Notes under the pieces: generated by a model
What the model was told of the DNA's origin: nothing
The model's database searches: none
What the model saw: the letters and a program-made list of their open reading frames with translations, nothing else
Part shown: positions 18,689 to 28,655 of the stretch, one piece after another
Layout of the letters: each line of letters begins with the position of its first letter
Numbering within the stretch: the stretch's first letter is position 1
Translations under genes and position numbers: made by a program
DNA from: Dehalococcoidia bacterium
Lineage (GTDB): Bacteria; Chloroflexota; Dehalococcoidia; SZUA-161; SpSt-899
DNA: 64,000 bases
NCBI GenBank assembly: GCA_046484125.1
Contig: JAWOBX010000036.1
Location: 226 to 64,225 of the forward strand
Direction: 5' to 3'

Positions 18689-19313
18689 ATTTCAATACGA
18701 TACCTTCCAGTACGTTGGCCACATCCTCGCCGCGGTCAACGGCCTTCTCCAGGTTCTCGTATATATCACGCCATTTTATGATCTCGAGCACGTCCGCCTC
18801 TTCGTCGAACAAATCGACCAGGGCGGCATTCTGAAGGTCATCCGCCTCGTTTTCCAGACGGTGTATCTCCACACAGTGAGTGAGAATCTTGCGGCGCTGA
18901 GAGTGATTACGCACGAGGGGAACCGCCTTAGCCAGTTCAATGACCACTTTATTGATGATATAGGTGATCTCTATTGCCCTGGGTGTCGGCTGCTCGATTC
19001 TATAGAGAAATAGCCGTTTGGTGACACCCTCGATAAAATCCAGCACATCATCAAGGCTGTTGGCCAGGAGCGCGATGTCCTCCCGGTCAATCGGGGTGAC
19101 AAAGCTGCGATGCAGGCTCTCTATAATCCTGTGGGTTATCTCATCACCATCGCGTTCAATCTTCTTTATCTCTCGAGCTTTCTCCCGGGTATCGGTGAAA
19201 TCGTCAAACAGATTGACCAGCCTGGCTGAGGCGGCGGACAGATTTACAGCGCTTTGCTCGAACAAATCGAAAAATTTCTCATTTTGCGGTACCAGTCGGA
19301 TTCTGGCCAACAT
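18681..19313 (-). CDS. DUF47/TIGR00153 PhoU-like protein, the usual PiT partner
   Basis: Overlaps the PiT start. Helical protein with PhoU-like repeats. Conserved gene pair. Confidence 0.7.
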   Translation of the reverse strand: MLARIRLVPQNEKFFDLFEQSAVNLSAASARLVNLFDDFTDTREKAREIKKIERDGDEITHRIIESLHRSFVTPIDREDIALLANSLDDVLDFIEGVTKRLFLYRIEQPTPRAIEITYIINKVVIELAKAVPLVRNHSQRRKILTHCVEIHRLENEADDLQNAALVDLFDEEADVLEIIKWRDIYENLEKAVDRGEDVANVLEGIVLKYA

Positions 19314-19513
19314 CCACCTCCTTTATGCCACATATTTATCGAGAAAACGAAGGGGAAGTAAAATTCGTTGCAAAGGATCGGGTGCGGTTCCTGGATCGGC
19401 GATGTGATGCATGTATACGGCAGGGAGCATTGAAGAGTTTTCCATAATATCGAGCCGCGCGATAGCCGGATTTACGGATTGGGCTGCCATCTAAGGGGAA
19501 AATAACATGTGAA

Positions 19514-19552
19514 TGTTAATGGAAGTTTAACGGAAGTTTAACGGAATGTTAA
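19514..19552 (-). promoter_or_regulatory. Pho-box-like array: four hexamers TTAACA/TTAAAC/TTAAAC/TTAACA (minus strand) at exact 11-bp periodicity, upstream of the DUF47-PiT operon
   Basis: Read directly. Plus-strand hexamers start at 19514, 19525, 19536 and 19547. Matches the TT(A/T/C)ACA-N5 direct-repeat architecture of PhoP/PhoB boxes. Confidence 0.55.
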
Positions 19553-19630
19553 CGAGTTAATTTACCGGGTTGCACAGGGGTTGACCAGAGGTTCCTTAAA
19601 TACCTCCAGTTGGCGTGGGATGGTACCAAT

Positions 19631-20290
19631 CTATAACGCTGACATTTCCTCCATTCTGCCTGTCACGGCGAATACCACGCGTTCACAGATGTTGGTTGCC
19701 CTGTCACCAATGCGTTCAAGCTTGTGTGCCACCCAGATGATACGGGTGCCAATGGCAACGAAAGCGCTATCCTCGGTCATCAAAGCGATACACTGCTGGA
19801 GCACCTTATGATAAATCGAATCGATTTCATCATCCCGTTCGGCTATATCCCTGGCTTTACGTTCGTCTTTATCGACGAAAGCCCTGAGACTTTCACGCAA
19901 CATCTCACTGCCGATATTGGCCATAGCCGGGATATCAACGAGCGGCCTGCATGGCGGGTCATCGCGTAAAAGCAGTGAGATTTCAGCGACACCCGAAGCG
20001 TAATCGCCCATCCTCTCCAGGTCGGTAACTATGCTCAGAACACTGAGTATTGTTCGGAGGTCACCTGCCATAGGCTGCTGCTTGGCGATCAACTTCACGC
20101 AGGTTTCCTCTATCTCGAAGCGCTTCTGGTTGATCTTTTCATCATCCTGGCATACCTGCTCAGCTAGGTCGAAATCACGCCTGTTGAGGGATTCCACCGC
20201 ACGGGCAATAGCCTTCTCTACCATACTGCCCATAACGAGCGTCTCATCCTGAAGATCCCGCAATTGATGTGAAAATGCCTGCCGTGTCAT
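19631..20290 (-). CDS. phoU: Phosphate signalling complex protein PhoU
   Basis: Two PhoU repeats. Positioned immediately downstream of pstB. Confidence 0.85.
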   Translation of the reverse strand: MTRQAFSHQLRDLQDETLVMGSMVEKAIARAVESLNRRDFDLAEQVCQDDEKINQKRFEIEETCVKLIAKQQPMAGDLRTILSVLSIVTDLERMGDYASGVAEISLLLRDDPPCRPLVDIPAMANIGSEMLRESLRAFVDKDERKARDIAERDDEIDSIYHKVLQQCIALMTEDSAFVAIGTRIIWVAHKLERIGDRATNICERVVFAVTGRMEEMSAL

Positions 20291-20302
20291 ATGACCTCCT
20301 TT

Positions 20303-21058
20303 CTATCCGAACCGGCCGGTGATATAATCCTCGGTCCTCTTGTCGCGGGGCCTGGAAAAAATTTCATCAGTAGGTCCGAATTCCACCATCTCACCCATCA
20401 GGAAGAATCCGGTCCGATCCGATACCCGGGCGGCCTGCTGCATATTATGGGTGACGATAACTATAGTGTACTTCTTCTTGAGCTCTTGCATTAACTCCTC
20501 TATTTTAAGTGTGGCTACTGGATCAAGAGCTGAGCAGGGCTCATCCATAAGGATGACCTCAGGTTCCACTGCCAGAACTCGAGCTATGCACAACCGTTGC
20601 TGCTGTCCTCCGGAGAGTGATAGTCCTGATTTATGTACATCATCCTTTATCTCGTCCCAGAGCGCGGCCGCTCTAAGACTCCGCTCGACTAAATTCTCAA
20701 GTCTGCTTTTATTGTTAATACCCTGACGCCTCGGTCCAAAGGCGACGTTCTCAAAGATCGATTTGGGGAAAGGATTTGGCTGCTGGAAGACCATGCCAAC
20801 CCGCTTACGCAATTCCACCACATCTATACCCGGTCTGTAGATATCCTCATCATCAAGCATGACCCGGCCTTCCAGGCGAGTCTTTGGGATGGTATCATTC
20901 ATTCGATTCAAACACCTCAGAAAAGTGGACTTCCCACAACCGGAGGGTCCAATAAGGGCTGTGATTTCGTTTTCGTTCACTTCCAGGGAGATTTCGTTCA
21001 GCGCCTGGACCTCATCATAAAAGAAACTGATCTTCCTGGCGTCGATCTTCTTGCTCAT
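20303..21058 (-). CDS. pstB: Phosphate ABC transporter ATP-binding protein (ORF open to 21094; start probably at MSKKID)
   Basis: Walker [13 protein letters not shown] signature LSGGQQQRL. Walker B ILMDEP. Confidence 0.9.
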   Translation of the reverse strand: MSKKIDARKISFFYDEVQALNEISLEVNENEITALIGPSGCGKSTFLRCLNRMNDTIPKTRLEGRVMLDDEDIYRPGIDVVELRKRVGMVFQQPNPFPKSIFENVAFGPRRQGINNKSRLENLVERSLRAAALWDEIKDDVHKSGLSLSGGQQQRLCIARVLAVEPEVILMDEPCSALDPVATLKIEELMQELKKKYTIVIVTHNMQQAARVSDRTGFFLMGEMVEFGPTDEIFSRPRDKRTEDYITGRFG

Positions 21059-21071
21059 GTCAGCCTCCTGT

Positions 21072-21926
21072 TCAGCGCCCCTCCATCCTTGCAATCCAGC
21101 GACTGGAAACCCATCGCGTAGTCAGGTTGATTACCACAACGGTCGCGACCAGTATAACTCCCGCACCGAAGGCTGCCTCATAATCAAGGGTATTCATCGC
21201 GCGGTACAGCAGCTCCAGAGAAAGCGTACGAGCAGGATCTGTGGGCGATTCGGGAATAATCAGGCCCTGGTTGCCCATTGTTACATACAGGCACGCCGTT
21301 TCCTCAACCGCACGGCCCAGTGCCAGTATCACCGCGGTTACAATTCCGGGCAGAGCACCCGGCAGTACCACGTGACGAATGCTTTGCCACTTGGTGGCGC
21401 CCAGAGAATAACCGGCTTCACGGTATGAACGCGGAACGGTTTTTATCGCCTCCTCCGTCGTACGAATAACGGTGGGCAGCACCAGGCATGAGAGGGTAAG
21501 GGCACCGGCGAATATGGAGAGGCCGAAGTTGAGCACCATTACAAAGAGAGCGAACCCGAACATTCCAAAGATGATCGAAGGGATGCCGGCCAGTGTCTCA
21601 ATCACCCATCGAACGATGGCGGTGATCCAGTTGTCCTTCGCGTATTCGGCCATATAGATACCGGCACCTATGCCGATGGGGCAGGCAAAACCTATTGTCA
21701 GGCCGACTATCCACAGGGTACCTATAATGGCCGTTCGAATTCCTCCGGTCGCGCCTGCGTGAATCCCTCCTTTGGGATCCGTGGAAAGGAAGTTCCAGTC
21801 GATGGACCCTACTCCCTTGACCATCACATAGCCGATGATAATCACGAGAGCCGATATGGCGACTATCGCTGCTGCCCAGCAAAGTGCCCATGCTATCATC
21901 TGAGTCGTCCTCGGGGAAAGCTTCAC
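21072..21926 (-). CDS. pstA: Phosphate ABC transporter permease PstA
   Basis: Polytopic permease with an EAA-like motif. Overlaps pstC by 4 nt. Confidence 0.85.
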   Translation of the reverse strand: MKLSPRTTQMIAWALCWAAAIVAISALVIIIGYVMVKGVGSIDWNFLSTDPKGGIHAGATGGIRTAIIGTLWIVGLTIGFACPIGIGAGIYMAEYAKDNWITAIVRWVIETLAGIPSIIFGMFGFALFVMVLNFGLSIFAGALTLSCLVLPTVIRTTEEAIKTVPRSYREAGYSLGATKWQSIRHVVLPGALPGIVTAVILALGRAVEETACLYVTMGNQGLIIPESPTDPARTLSLELLYRAMNTLDYEAAFGAGVILVATVVVINLTTRWVSSRWIARMEGR

Positions 21927-22807
21927 CTCATCTGCCTCCGTCTCAGGATCATCCCTATGCTATTGAGGAGAAGTATAAAAACAAGCAGTACCACACCGTC
22001 AGCGAACAGGGCATTCCAGTGATTCCCGGCAGCATAGCCTATCTCCAGGGCAGGCGTCGTGGTCAGTGTCCGGGCGGGCTCAGTGGGGAGGAGGGGCATG
22101 GTTAGAGAATTCCCCATCACCATGTATACAGCCATGGTTTCCCCGATGGCCCTTCCCATTCCCAGCACGATGGCTGCCAGTATGCCTGATCTGGCCGATG
22201 GCAACACCACGTGCCACATCATCTGCCAGCGAGTTGCCCCGAGTGCCAGAGCTCCTTCCCTGTAATCACGAGGCACCGCCCGCATGCTGTCCTCGCTGAT
22301 GCTGACAACAGTCGGCAATACCATAATGGAAACTACAATGGCGCCTGCGAGGATACTGTCGCCAGTCATTGCGCCGGGAAGCCCGGCAATTCTGGGCACC
22401 AGAAGGGTAAGTCCCACCAGACCGTAAACCACAGAGGGGATACCCACCAGTAGTTCGATAGCCGGACGGACTATCTGCCGCACTCGAAGGGGAGCGACTT
22501 CGGCGAGGAAAATGGCACAGAATATGCCGAGCGGTACGGCCATGACCAGGGCCAGCGAGGTTACATACAAGGTGCCTACTATAAACTGAAGAATGCCGAA
22601 CTCGCCCCGGCTCGGTTTCCATTCCGTCCCTGAGATCATGTCCCAGAGTCCCACGTCGGCAATAACCGGCCATGCCTCACGAAGTATAAAAAGCATTACA
22701 AGGGCAAGAACCAGAATCCCGCTGAGACCGCAGATGAATATGGCCCAGCGCCATGCCTGATCGGTCACATAGCGGATTCTGATGCCCCTTAACCTTTTTC
22801 TAAACAT
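21923..22807 (-). CDS. pstC: Phosphate ABC transporter permease PstC
   Basis: Polytopic permease positioned between pstS and pstA. Confidence 0.85.
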   Translation of the reverse strand: MFRKRLRGIRIRYVTDQAWRWAIFICGLSGILVLALVMLFILREAWPVIADVGLWDMISGTEWKPSRGEFGILQFIVGTLYVTSLALVMAVPLGIFCAIFLAEVAPLRVRQIVRPAIELLVGIPSVVYGLVGLTLLVPRIAGLPGAMTGDSILAGAIVVSIMVLPTVVSISEDSMRAVPRDYREGALALGATRWQMMWHVVLPSARSGILAAIVLGMGRAIGETMAVYMVMGNSLTMPLLPTEPARTLTTTPALEIGYAAGNHWNALFADGVVLLVFILLLNSIGMILRRRQMR

Positions 22808-22842
22808 TACACAATCCCGGCGCGGTTTTTTACGGTGGCTCA

Positions 22843-22975
22843 GCTAGTGTGCTGCCCCTAACGGTTCTATACAAACGTTCCGCATTGCTCTTTTCACCGC
22901 ATTGCTACACTTAAAAAGCTGACTGCTCCGGTAACGCACTGGCAACCGCGAGTGCGTTACCGAGTCGCCGTAGCT
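22843..22975. repeat. Intergenic repeat element copy 1 (~68-nt conserved core plus hairpin) between pstS and pstC
   Basis: The core gctagtgtgctgcccctaacggttctatacaaacgttccgcattgctcttttcac is about 80% identical to 59664-59735. Followed by the inverted repeat CGGTAACGCACT...AGTGCGTTACCG. Confidence 0.6.
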
Positions 22976-23022
22976 TGCTGAGTCGTGTCTCTTTTCGATT
23001 TGCCTGTAAGGTATCCGCGCTA

Positions 23023-23871
23023 TTACTTCATCAGCGGAATGTACCCCTCCTTTTCGGCTATCTGCTGCCCTTCGTCACTCCTGCAGAAATCCACAAACGC
23101 CTTCTCCACGCCGCCGGGAATCTCTCTGCTCAGGAGGTTAAGGCGTCGTAAGACCGGGTATTCGCCACTCATACAGGTTTCCAGAGTGGGCTCAAGACCG
23201 TTAAGGGACAGAGCCTTCAGTCCCTCAACATAGCCAAGCGAGAGAAATCCGATCGCATCGGATTGAGCCGCCACCTTCGACCTGATAGCACCGTTAGAAT
23301 CAAAGAACAGGGAGTCGTTTTTGATCTCTTTGGTTACTCTGGATTCAAAACAATCCCTCGTGCCTGAGCCTTCCTCACGTGATATCACAACAATGGACTT
23401 GTCATCACCACCAACTTCCTTCCAGTTGGTTATCTTTCCTTCGTATATCTTCTTTACCTGGTCCAGGCTCAAATCCGAAACCGGATTGCTGGAATGCACC
23501 GCTATGGCCACCGCATCCCGGGCAATGGCAATCGGGATGAGGTCCTGCTCCGTTATCTTGATGTCTCTTGATGCAGCGCCCAGGTCCACGGCCCCCTGCG
23601 CGCAGGCCCTGACGCCTGCACTGGATCCGCCGCCTGAAATGTTTACCCTGACACTCTGATGTCGATCCATGAACGCCACAGCCATCATCTCCGCCAGCGG
23701 TTGCACGCTGGTTGAGCCGGCTACATCGATGGTACCGGAAAGCGTAGTATTCGTCTGATCGTCGTTGGAGCCCTTTGCCCCATTGTCGTCATCACCGCAG
23801 GCAGCCAGCAGAGGTGCCAGTGCCAGCAGCAATATACACATCAACCCCACAAAAGACCATGTTCCTTTCAT
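23023..23871 (-). CDS. pstS: Phosphate-binding protein PstS (lipoprotein)
   Basis: Signal peptide with lipobox LAAC. PBP-2 phosphate-binding fold motifs (GSTS, SREEGSGTR). Confidence 0.85.
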   Translation of the reverse strand: MKGTWSFVGLMCILLLALAPLLAACGDDDNGAKGSNDDQTNTTLSGTIDVAGSTSVQPLAEMMAVAFMDRHQSVRVNISGGGSSAGVRACAQGAVDLGAASRDIKITEQDLIPIAIARDAVAIAVHSSNPVSDLSLDQVKKIYEGKITNWKEVGGDDKSIVVISREEGSGTRDCFESRVTKEIKNDSLFFDSNGAIRSKVAAQSDAIGFLSLGYVEGLKALSLNGLEPTLETCMSGEYPVLRRLNLLSREIPGGVEKAFVDFCRSDEGQQIAEKEGYIPLMK

Positions 23872-24544
23872 TTTTCCTCCTTTTTCTCTCTTTTTTACTA
23901 TTTATATCTTCGCAGTCGCCACTCATTTCGAGAACTGGCACCTGTTTCCATCAGGTCAGTCGAGAGTTACCATTGTCCCCGATTCACCACTGCTTGGGGC
24001 GTCCTGTTCATTTGCACTTCTTTCCGATTCAATACAGATTCCATCAGGGGTCTGGCGGTAGCCCGGTTGGTTGCCACAGGTACATTGATATACATCGCAG
24101 ATATCGGCCCCTCTTCAAGAAAAGGTATATTCAGGCCAGTCTTCGCTTTAACCGGTTGTCCTGTACCCCTGGTAGTTGCCAAATAGATACTCTCCTCGAT
24201 ATCCGGGAGAGATAAAAGCCGGGGCAAGTCGCTGTTTGGCGGGAACGCTCGCGGGTATGGATGGCTCTGAGGATTCTCGTATTTGGCGGTGTATTTTAAC
24301 TGTAACCTGAAACCCGAGGTTAATATTTCGTGTTTTTTATACGCTGAATAAATATCCACCTGCTGTCTCTTCCTCAGTGAGTGGAGGGTAATCTTTTCTA
24401 TCACTTTCCATCGAAAGTAGAAACGCGGTTCTGCGAGAATGAAGAAAGCCTGAGATACCCGGCTCCGGTGTGGTTGGTGAGTGAAAGTGACTGAGGTTTG
24501 TTACCATCTCCATAACAAAAGATAGCACGCTGAATTTAAACAGG

Positions 24545-24572
24545 TGTTAAGCTTTTGTAAAGGAAATGTTAA
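24545..24572 (-). promoter_or_regulatory. Pho-box-like triplet TTAACA-N5-TTTACA-N5-TTAACA (minus strand), overlapping the phoR stop and about 675 nt upstream of the pstS start
   Basis: Plus-strand hexamers tgttaa/tgtaaa/tgttaa at 24545, 24556 and 24567, exactly 11 bp apart. Confidence 0.5.
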
Positions 24573-26359
24573 ACTTCGGGGCTGGTTGAGGGATGATCTG
24601 ACTGAGTATAAAAAGGAAGACCGAAGTAAAAAGTCGAGCCCTTTCCCAATTCACTCTCCACCCAGATTCTTCCGCCATGAGCCTGAACCAGGTGTTTGGC
24701 TATGGCCAGCCCCAGCCCGGTACCCTCGCTGGCCCGGGCCTTATCCGCCTTGTAGAACCGTTCAAACACTCGCGGGAGATCATCAGGAGGTATTCCCACT
24801 CCGGTATCAATGACGGATACAGTAACCATTTCATCTTCCTGTACCGCGCTGATTGCTACACTGCCACCCTCGGGCGTGAATTTTATGGCATTGTGCAACA
24901 AGTTGACGAGCACCTGTAGAATCCGGTCCTCCTCGGCCTTCACACGGTTCAGCGAAGGATCGATTTTCGTCTTTACCTTTATATTCTTTCGCTCCGCCTG
25001 CGGTTCCAGTTCACTTACAGCGCGGTCAATTAACGGCGCCAGGTCAACCGGGGAGATTTCCAGCTCAACCTGACCTGTCTCTATGCGCGAGAGCTCGGTC
25101 AGCTCCCTGATCAACTGAGTCATACGGTCTATCTCATTGTCAATCCGCTCGAAAAACGATCTAACGGTACCGGGATCGTCGATTGTGCCCTCACTGAGTG
25201 TCTCCACAACAGCCTTGATGGAGGCCAGAGGAGTCCGCAGCTCATGAGAGATATTCCCTATGAATTGCTGTCTCACCGTCTGTAAACGCCTGACCTCGGT
25301 TAGATTCTGAAATATCAGCAGGGCACCTACCGCGTCATGATAGAAGACCGGAGAGGCGATCACCCGCAACAGTCTTCCCCTGGAGACCTGCTCGACCTGG
25401 CCCGCTTGCTGCTGTCCGGTCCGCATATACGAGCGGAAAACGGCATAAACTTCAGAATCCGGGATCAACTCCTTCAGGCGCCAGCCGACCGCTGTTCTGG
25501 AATCGAACCCAAACAGCTCCCCGGCCGCCGGGTTGGCCATGATAACCGTTCCGCTCACGTCAGTCATCACTACGCCATCAACCATTGTACTCAATACCGT
25601 GACCAGCTTGTTTCTTTCAGCTGAGAGGTCTCCGATAGTAGCGTTCAGACTCCGTGCCATATCGTTGAAAGCGGATTCCAGCTCAGCTGCCTCACCCCCG
25701 CTCGCTCCATAGATCTCCTGACCGAACTCGCCATCCGACATCTTCTTCGCCGCAGCAATCACCCTGTTTATGGGTCTGCCAATAACCGTGGAAACATAAA
25801 CCCCCACTATAACCGACAATAAGGTGACCAGCGCCACACCAAGGCCGACAGTTCTTGCCAGATCAGCCACTGAATTGTTTATTTTCTCTGTAGAGAGCGC
25901 CACGCGCGCCACCCCGAGAACAGAGTCGTTTGATTCTATTCGAATCCCCACAAACATCATGTTTTCATCAATAAGCTCACTGTATCTTGTGCTTTTTCCT
26001 TTACCGGAGAGTAACGCCTCCTGTACCTCGGGGCTATCGGCAAGGTTTACCATTTCGCCGGCCTCCTGGTGAGAATCAACCCGGACAACCCCGTCAGGAG
26101 CGATAACAGTCACCCTGCCGCCAATCCTTTGCCCAAAGTCCTCGATCAACTGTTTGAGACGACCCTCCCCATCTTCGTCACCGATATTGGAAACAGCGGC
26201 CTGAGCAACCAGTCCAGCCTCATACTCAAGATGCTCCTGGAGATCATTCATGCGAACATCTTTGACATAAGCTACCAGGAAAAAACCGAGTATGCTCATG
26301 CCGATGAGAACCAGGAGGCCGAAGGGGAGAGTTACCTGCCATCTTATACTGCTTAACAA
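24569..26359 (-). CDS. phoR: Sensor histidine kinase, PhoR-like (transmembrane, HAMP/PAS, HisKA, HATPase_c)
   Basis: H-box SHELRTPL. N, G1 and G2 boxes (GTGLGLAI). Adjacent to the pst operon and to the response regulator. Confidence 0.75.
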   Translation of the reverse strand: MLSSIRWQVTLPFGLLVLIGMSILGFFLVAYVKDVRMNDLQEHLEYEAGLVAQAAVSNIGDEDGEGRLKQLIEDFGQRIGGRVTVIAPDGVVRVDSHQEAGEMVNLADSPEVQEALLSGKGKSTRYSELIDENMMFVGIRIESNDSVLGVARVALSTEKINNSVADLARTVGLGVALVTLLSVIVGVYVSTVIGRPINRVIAAAKKMSDGEFGQEIYGASGGEAAELESAFNDMARSLNATIGDLSAERNKLVTVLSTMVDGVVMTDVSGTVIMANPAAGELFGFDSRTAVGWRLKELIPDSEVYAVFRSYMRTGQQQAGQVEQVSRGRLLRVIASPVFYHDAVGALLIFQNLTEVRRLQTVRQQFIGNISHELRTPLASIKAVVETLSEGTIDDPGTVRSFFERIDNEIDRMTQLIRELTELSRIETGQVELEISPVDLAPLIDRAVSELEPQAERKNIKVKTKIDPSLNRVKAEEDRILQVLVNLLHNAIKFTPEGGSVAISAVQEDEMVTVSVIDTGVGIPPDDLPRVFERFYKADKARASEGTGLGLAIAKHLVQAHGGRIWVESELGKGSTFYFGLPFYTQSDHPSTSPEV

Positions 26360-26360
26360 A

Positions 26361-27059
26361 TCAGCCTCCCAGCTTGTAACCGATGCCCCTGATGGTGATG
26401 ATACGCTGAGGATTAGACGGGTCTTTCTCGATTTTCTCCCTGAGCCATCTTATATGCACATCCACGGTCCGGGTTCCTCCGACATAATCGTAACCCCAGA
26501 CCTTATCGAGGAGGGCTTCCCGTGTGAAGACCCGGCCTTTGTTCCGGGCCAGGAAGGCCAGCAGGTCAAATTCCTTTGGCTTTAAAACAACGGGCTGCCC
26601 TGTAACAGTGACCGTATGCCGGGATAAGTCGATCGCGATATCGCCCATCTCTATAGCCGGTCCGTCGGGACCTTCGGGGGGTGTCTGCATCATTTCCATA
26701 CGCCGGAGCATCGCTTTCACCCTTGCCTTGAGCTCACGAATACTGAATGGCTTGGTAATATAATCATCGGCCCCGAGTTCAAGTCCAAGCACCCGGTCGA
26801 TCTCCTCCTCTTTGGCAGTCAGCATCAGTATGGGAACTGTAAGTTCGCTCCTGAGCTGGCGACATACCTCAAAACCGTCGAGTCCGGGCAGCATGATATC
26901 CAGAATTACCAGCTCAGGTGATTTCGTTCTGGCCAGTTCGACTGCCTTGAGTCCATCGGCCGCCTCAATTACCTCGTAGCCTTCGACCTCAAAATTGTAT
27001 CTGAGCATCTCGCGTAGCGTGTCCTCGTCCTCTACAATTAATATCCTGTTCATCGTCAC
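26361..27059 (-). CDS. OmpR-family response regulator, PhoB/PhoP-type
   Basis: Receiver domain (D-D-K) plus a winged-helix output domain. Stop overlaps the kinase start. Confidence 0.85.
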   Translation of the reverse strand: MTMNRILIVEDEDTLREMLRYNFEVEGYEVIEAADGLKAVELARTKSPELVILDIMLPGLDGFEVCRQLRSELTVPILMLTAKEEEIDRVLGLELGADDYITKPFSIRELKARVKAMLRRMEMMQTPPEGPDGPAIEMGDIAIDLSRHTVTVTGQPVVLKPKEFDLLAFLARNKGRVFTREALLDKVWGYDYVGGTRTVDVHIRWLREKIEKDPSNPQRIITIRGIGYKLGG

Positions 27060-27062
27060 AAT

Positions 27063-28418
27063 TTACTTCCCAATACAGAATTGACTAAAGATGGTATTAA
27101 GAAGATCCTCGGTTACCGTCTCACCCGTTATCTCCCCTAACGCATTCAACGAAGCTGTAAGATCAATGGTTACAAAGTCATCCGGCAATTCGGTTTCAAG
27201 GCCTCTTTCGGCTTCTGAGATGTGGTGTTCGGCCCTTACAAGAGCATCCTTATGACGCGCGTTCGTTACCAGTAATCCATCGGAGGCGCTTGCTCTGCCT
27301 CCAAGTGCAGCTTCTACCATCTCATATTCAAGGGTTTCCAGGCCCTCACCTGTTAAAGCTGATGTATAAAAAATAGGCCATGGCACTTCGGAAAGGTCGG
27401 CCTCGATGGGAAGATCGCACTTATTGGCCACCACCAGGACCGTTTTGTTATGCGATAGTTTCATTATTTCCCTGTCTGTCCTATTGAGCGGTTCACTGCT
27501 ATCCAGAACCATCAGGATCAGGGACGCATTCTCAATAGCATTTCGACTCCTCTCCACACCGAGGGATTCAACCAGTTCTCTGCTTTCGATGATCCCCGCG
27601 GTATCAACAAGCACGAAGGGAACTCCCTTCAGGTTCACCACTTCCTCAAGAGTGTCTCTGGTTGTGCCGGGAACAGAAGTGACTATAGCGCGACTCTTCC
27701 TGAGTAGAAGGTTAAGCAGGCTCGATTTGCCCACATTTGGCCTTCCAACTATGGCAGTATGAATCCCCTGGCGATACACCATACCGGCATCAGCGGTTTC
27801 GATCAATTTCTGTAGAACGCGGCGGGCTTCCTTAACCGGGGGAAGAGGGTCTCTTCCCTCAATCTCGTCCTCGGGGAAGTCTATCCTGGCTGTCAAATAA
27901 GCCAGGACGGATAACAGGTCTTGCCTTATGCCACGCACTTGTGCCGAGAGTCTTCCCGCCAGTCCTTCAACAGCGAAATGAAGACTGGACTGTGTTTTAG
28001 CCCGGACGATATCCATGACCGACTCCGCCTGAGCCAGGTCAATACGGCCGTTAAGAAACGCCCTCAGGGTAAACTCCCCCGGCTCCGCCAGCCTGGCCCC
28101 GTTTTTCAGAGCCAGCTCGAGAATTCGCCGCACCGGTACGATACCGGCATGGCAGTTGATCTCAACTATATCCTCCCTCGTATATGTATGAGGCCCGGCC
28201 ATGTATGACGCCAGAACCTCATCCACGGTTTCCGATCCATCTGGATCGATAATATGTCCATATACCAGTCGACGGTTTTCGAGACCTCCGGTAAATAATC
28301 GTTCCGCTATAGAGCGAGCTTTTTCCCCGCTCAAGCGGACGATGCCGATACCACCCTCACCCACAGGGGTGGAAATTGCTGCAATCGTATCCTGATACAT
28401 AAACGTTCTCTTTGGCAC
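27063..28418 (-). CDS. mnmE: tRNA modification GTPase MnmE
   Basis: G-domain motifs GRPNVGKSS and DTAG. C-terminal CIGK tetrapeptide characteristic of MnmE/TrmE. Confidence 0.9.
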   Translation of the reverse strand: MPKRTFMYQDTIAAISTPVGEGGIGIVRLSGEKARSIAERLFTGGLENRRLVYGHIIDPDGSETVDEVLASYMAGPHTYTREDIVEINCHAGIVPVRRILELALKNGARLAEPGEFTLRAFLNGRIDLAQAESVMDIVRAKTQSSLHFAVEGLAGRLSAQVRGIRQDLLSVLAYLTARIDFPEDEIEGRDPLPPVKEARRVLQKLIETADAGMVYRQGIHTAIVGRPNVGKSSLLNLLLRKSRAIVTSVPGTTRDTLEEVVNLKGVPFVLVDTAGIIESRELVESLGVERSRNAIENASLILMVLDSSEPLNRTDREIMKLSHNKTVLVVANKCDLPIEADLSEVPWPIFYTSALTGEGLETLEYEMVEAALGGRASASDGLLVTNARHKDALVRAEHHISEAERGLETELPDDFVTIDLTASLNALGEITGETVTEDLLNTIFSQFCIGK

Positions 28419-28655
28419 TAAGTATATCTTCTGGGCGTGTTACCGACAAGTAAAGCGGAATATTAAGGTTGACATATGCCGTAATAATGGCAACCAGAAA
28501 AACGTATCAACTTTCCAGCCGGTACATCGTTGACACTTTAAACCGGGCACATGGTTGACATTAAGCCAAAACACAAGATTTTGTAGGCTTTTTTCAGGAT
28601 AAGAAGGGTCACGTGTCTAACAATTTATGATAGAGTAGATTACGAGGGGTGTGGA

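Noticed and set aside
19514-19552. Short tandem repeats considered as a CRISPR array
   Set aside because: 11-bp units with no spacers. Periodicity and sequence instead fit a Pho-box operator array.
23967-24404. 145-aa and 63-aa minus-strand ORFs in the pstS upstream region
   Set aside because: GTG start or no ribosome-binding site, with compositionally atypical translation. Treated as a non-coding leader, though a decayed gene cannot be excluded.
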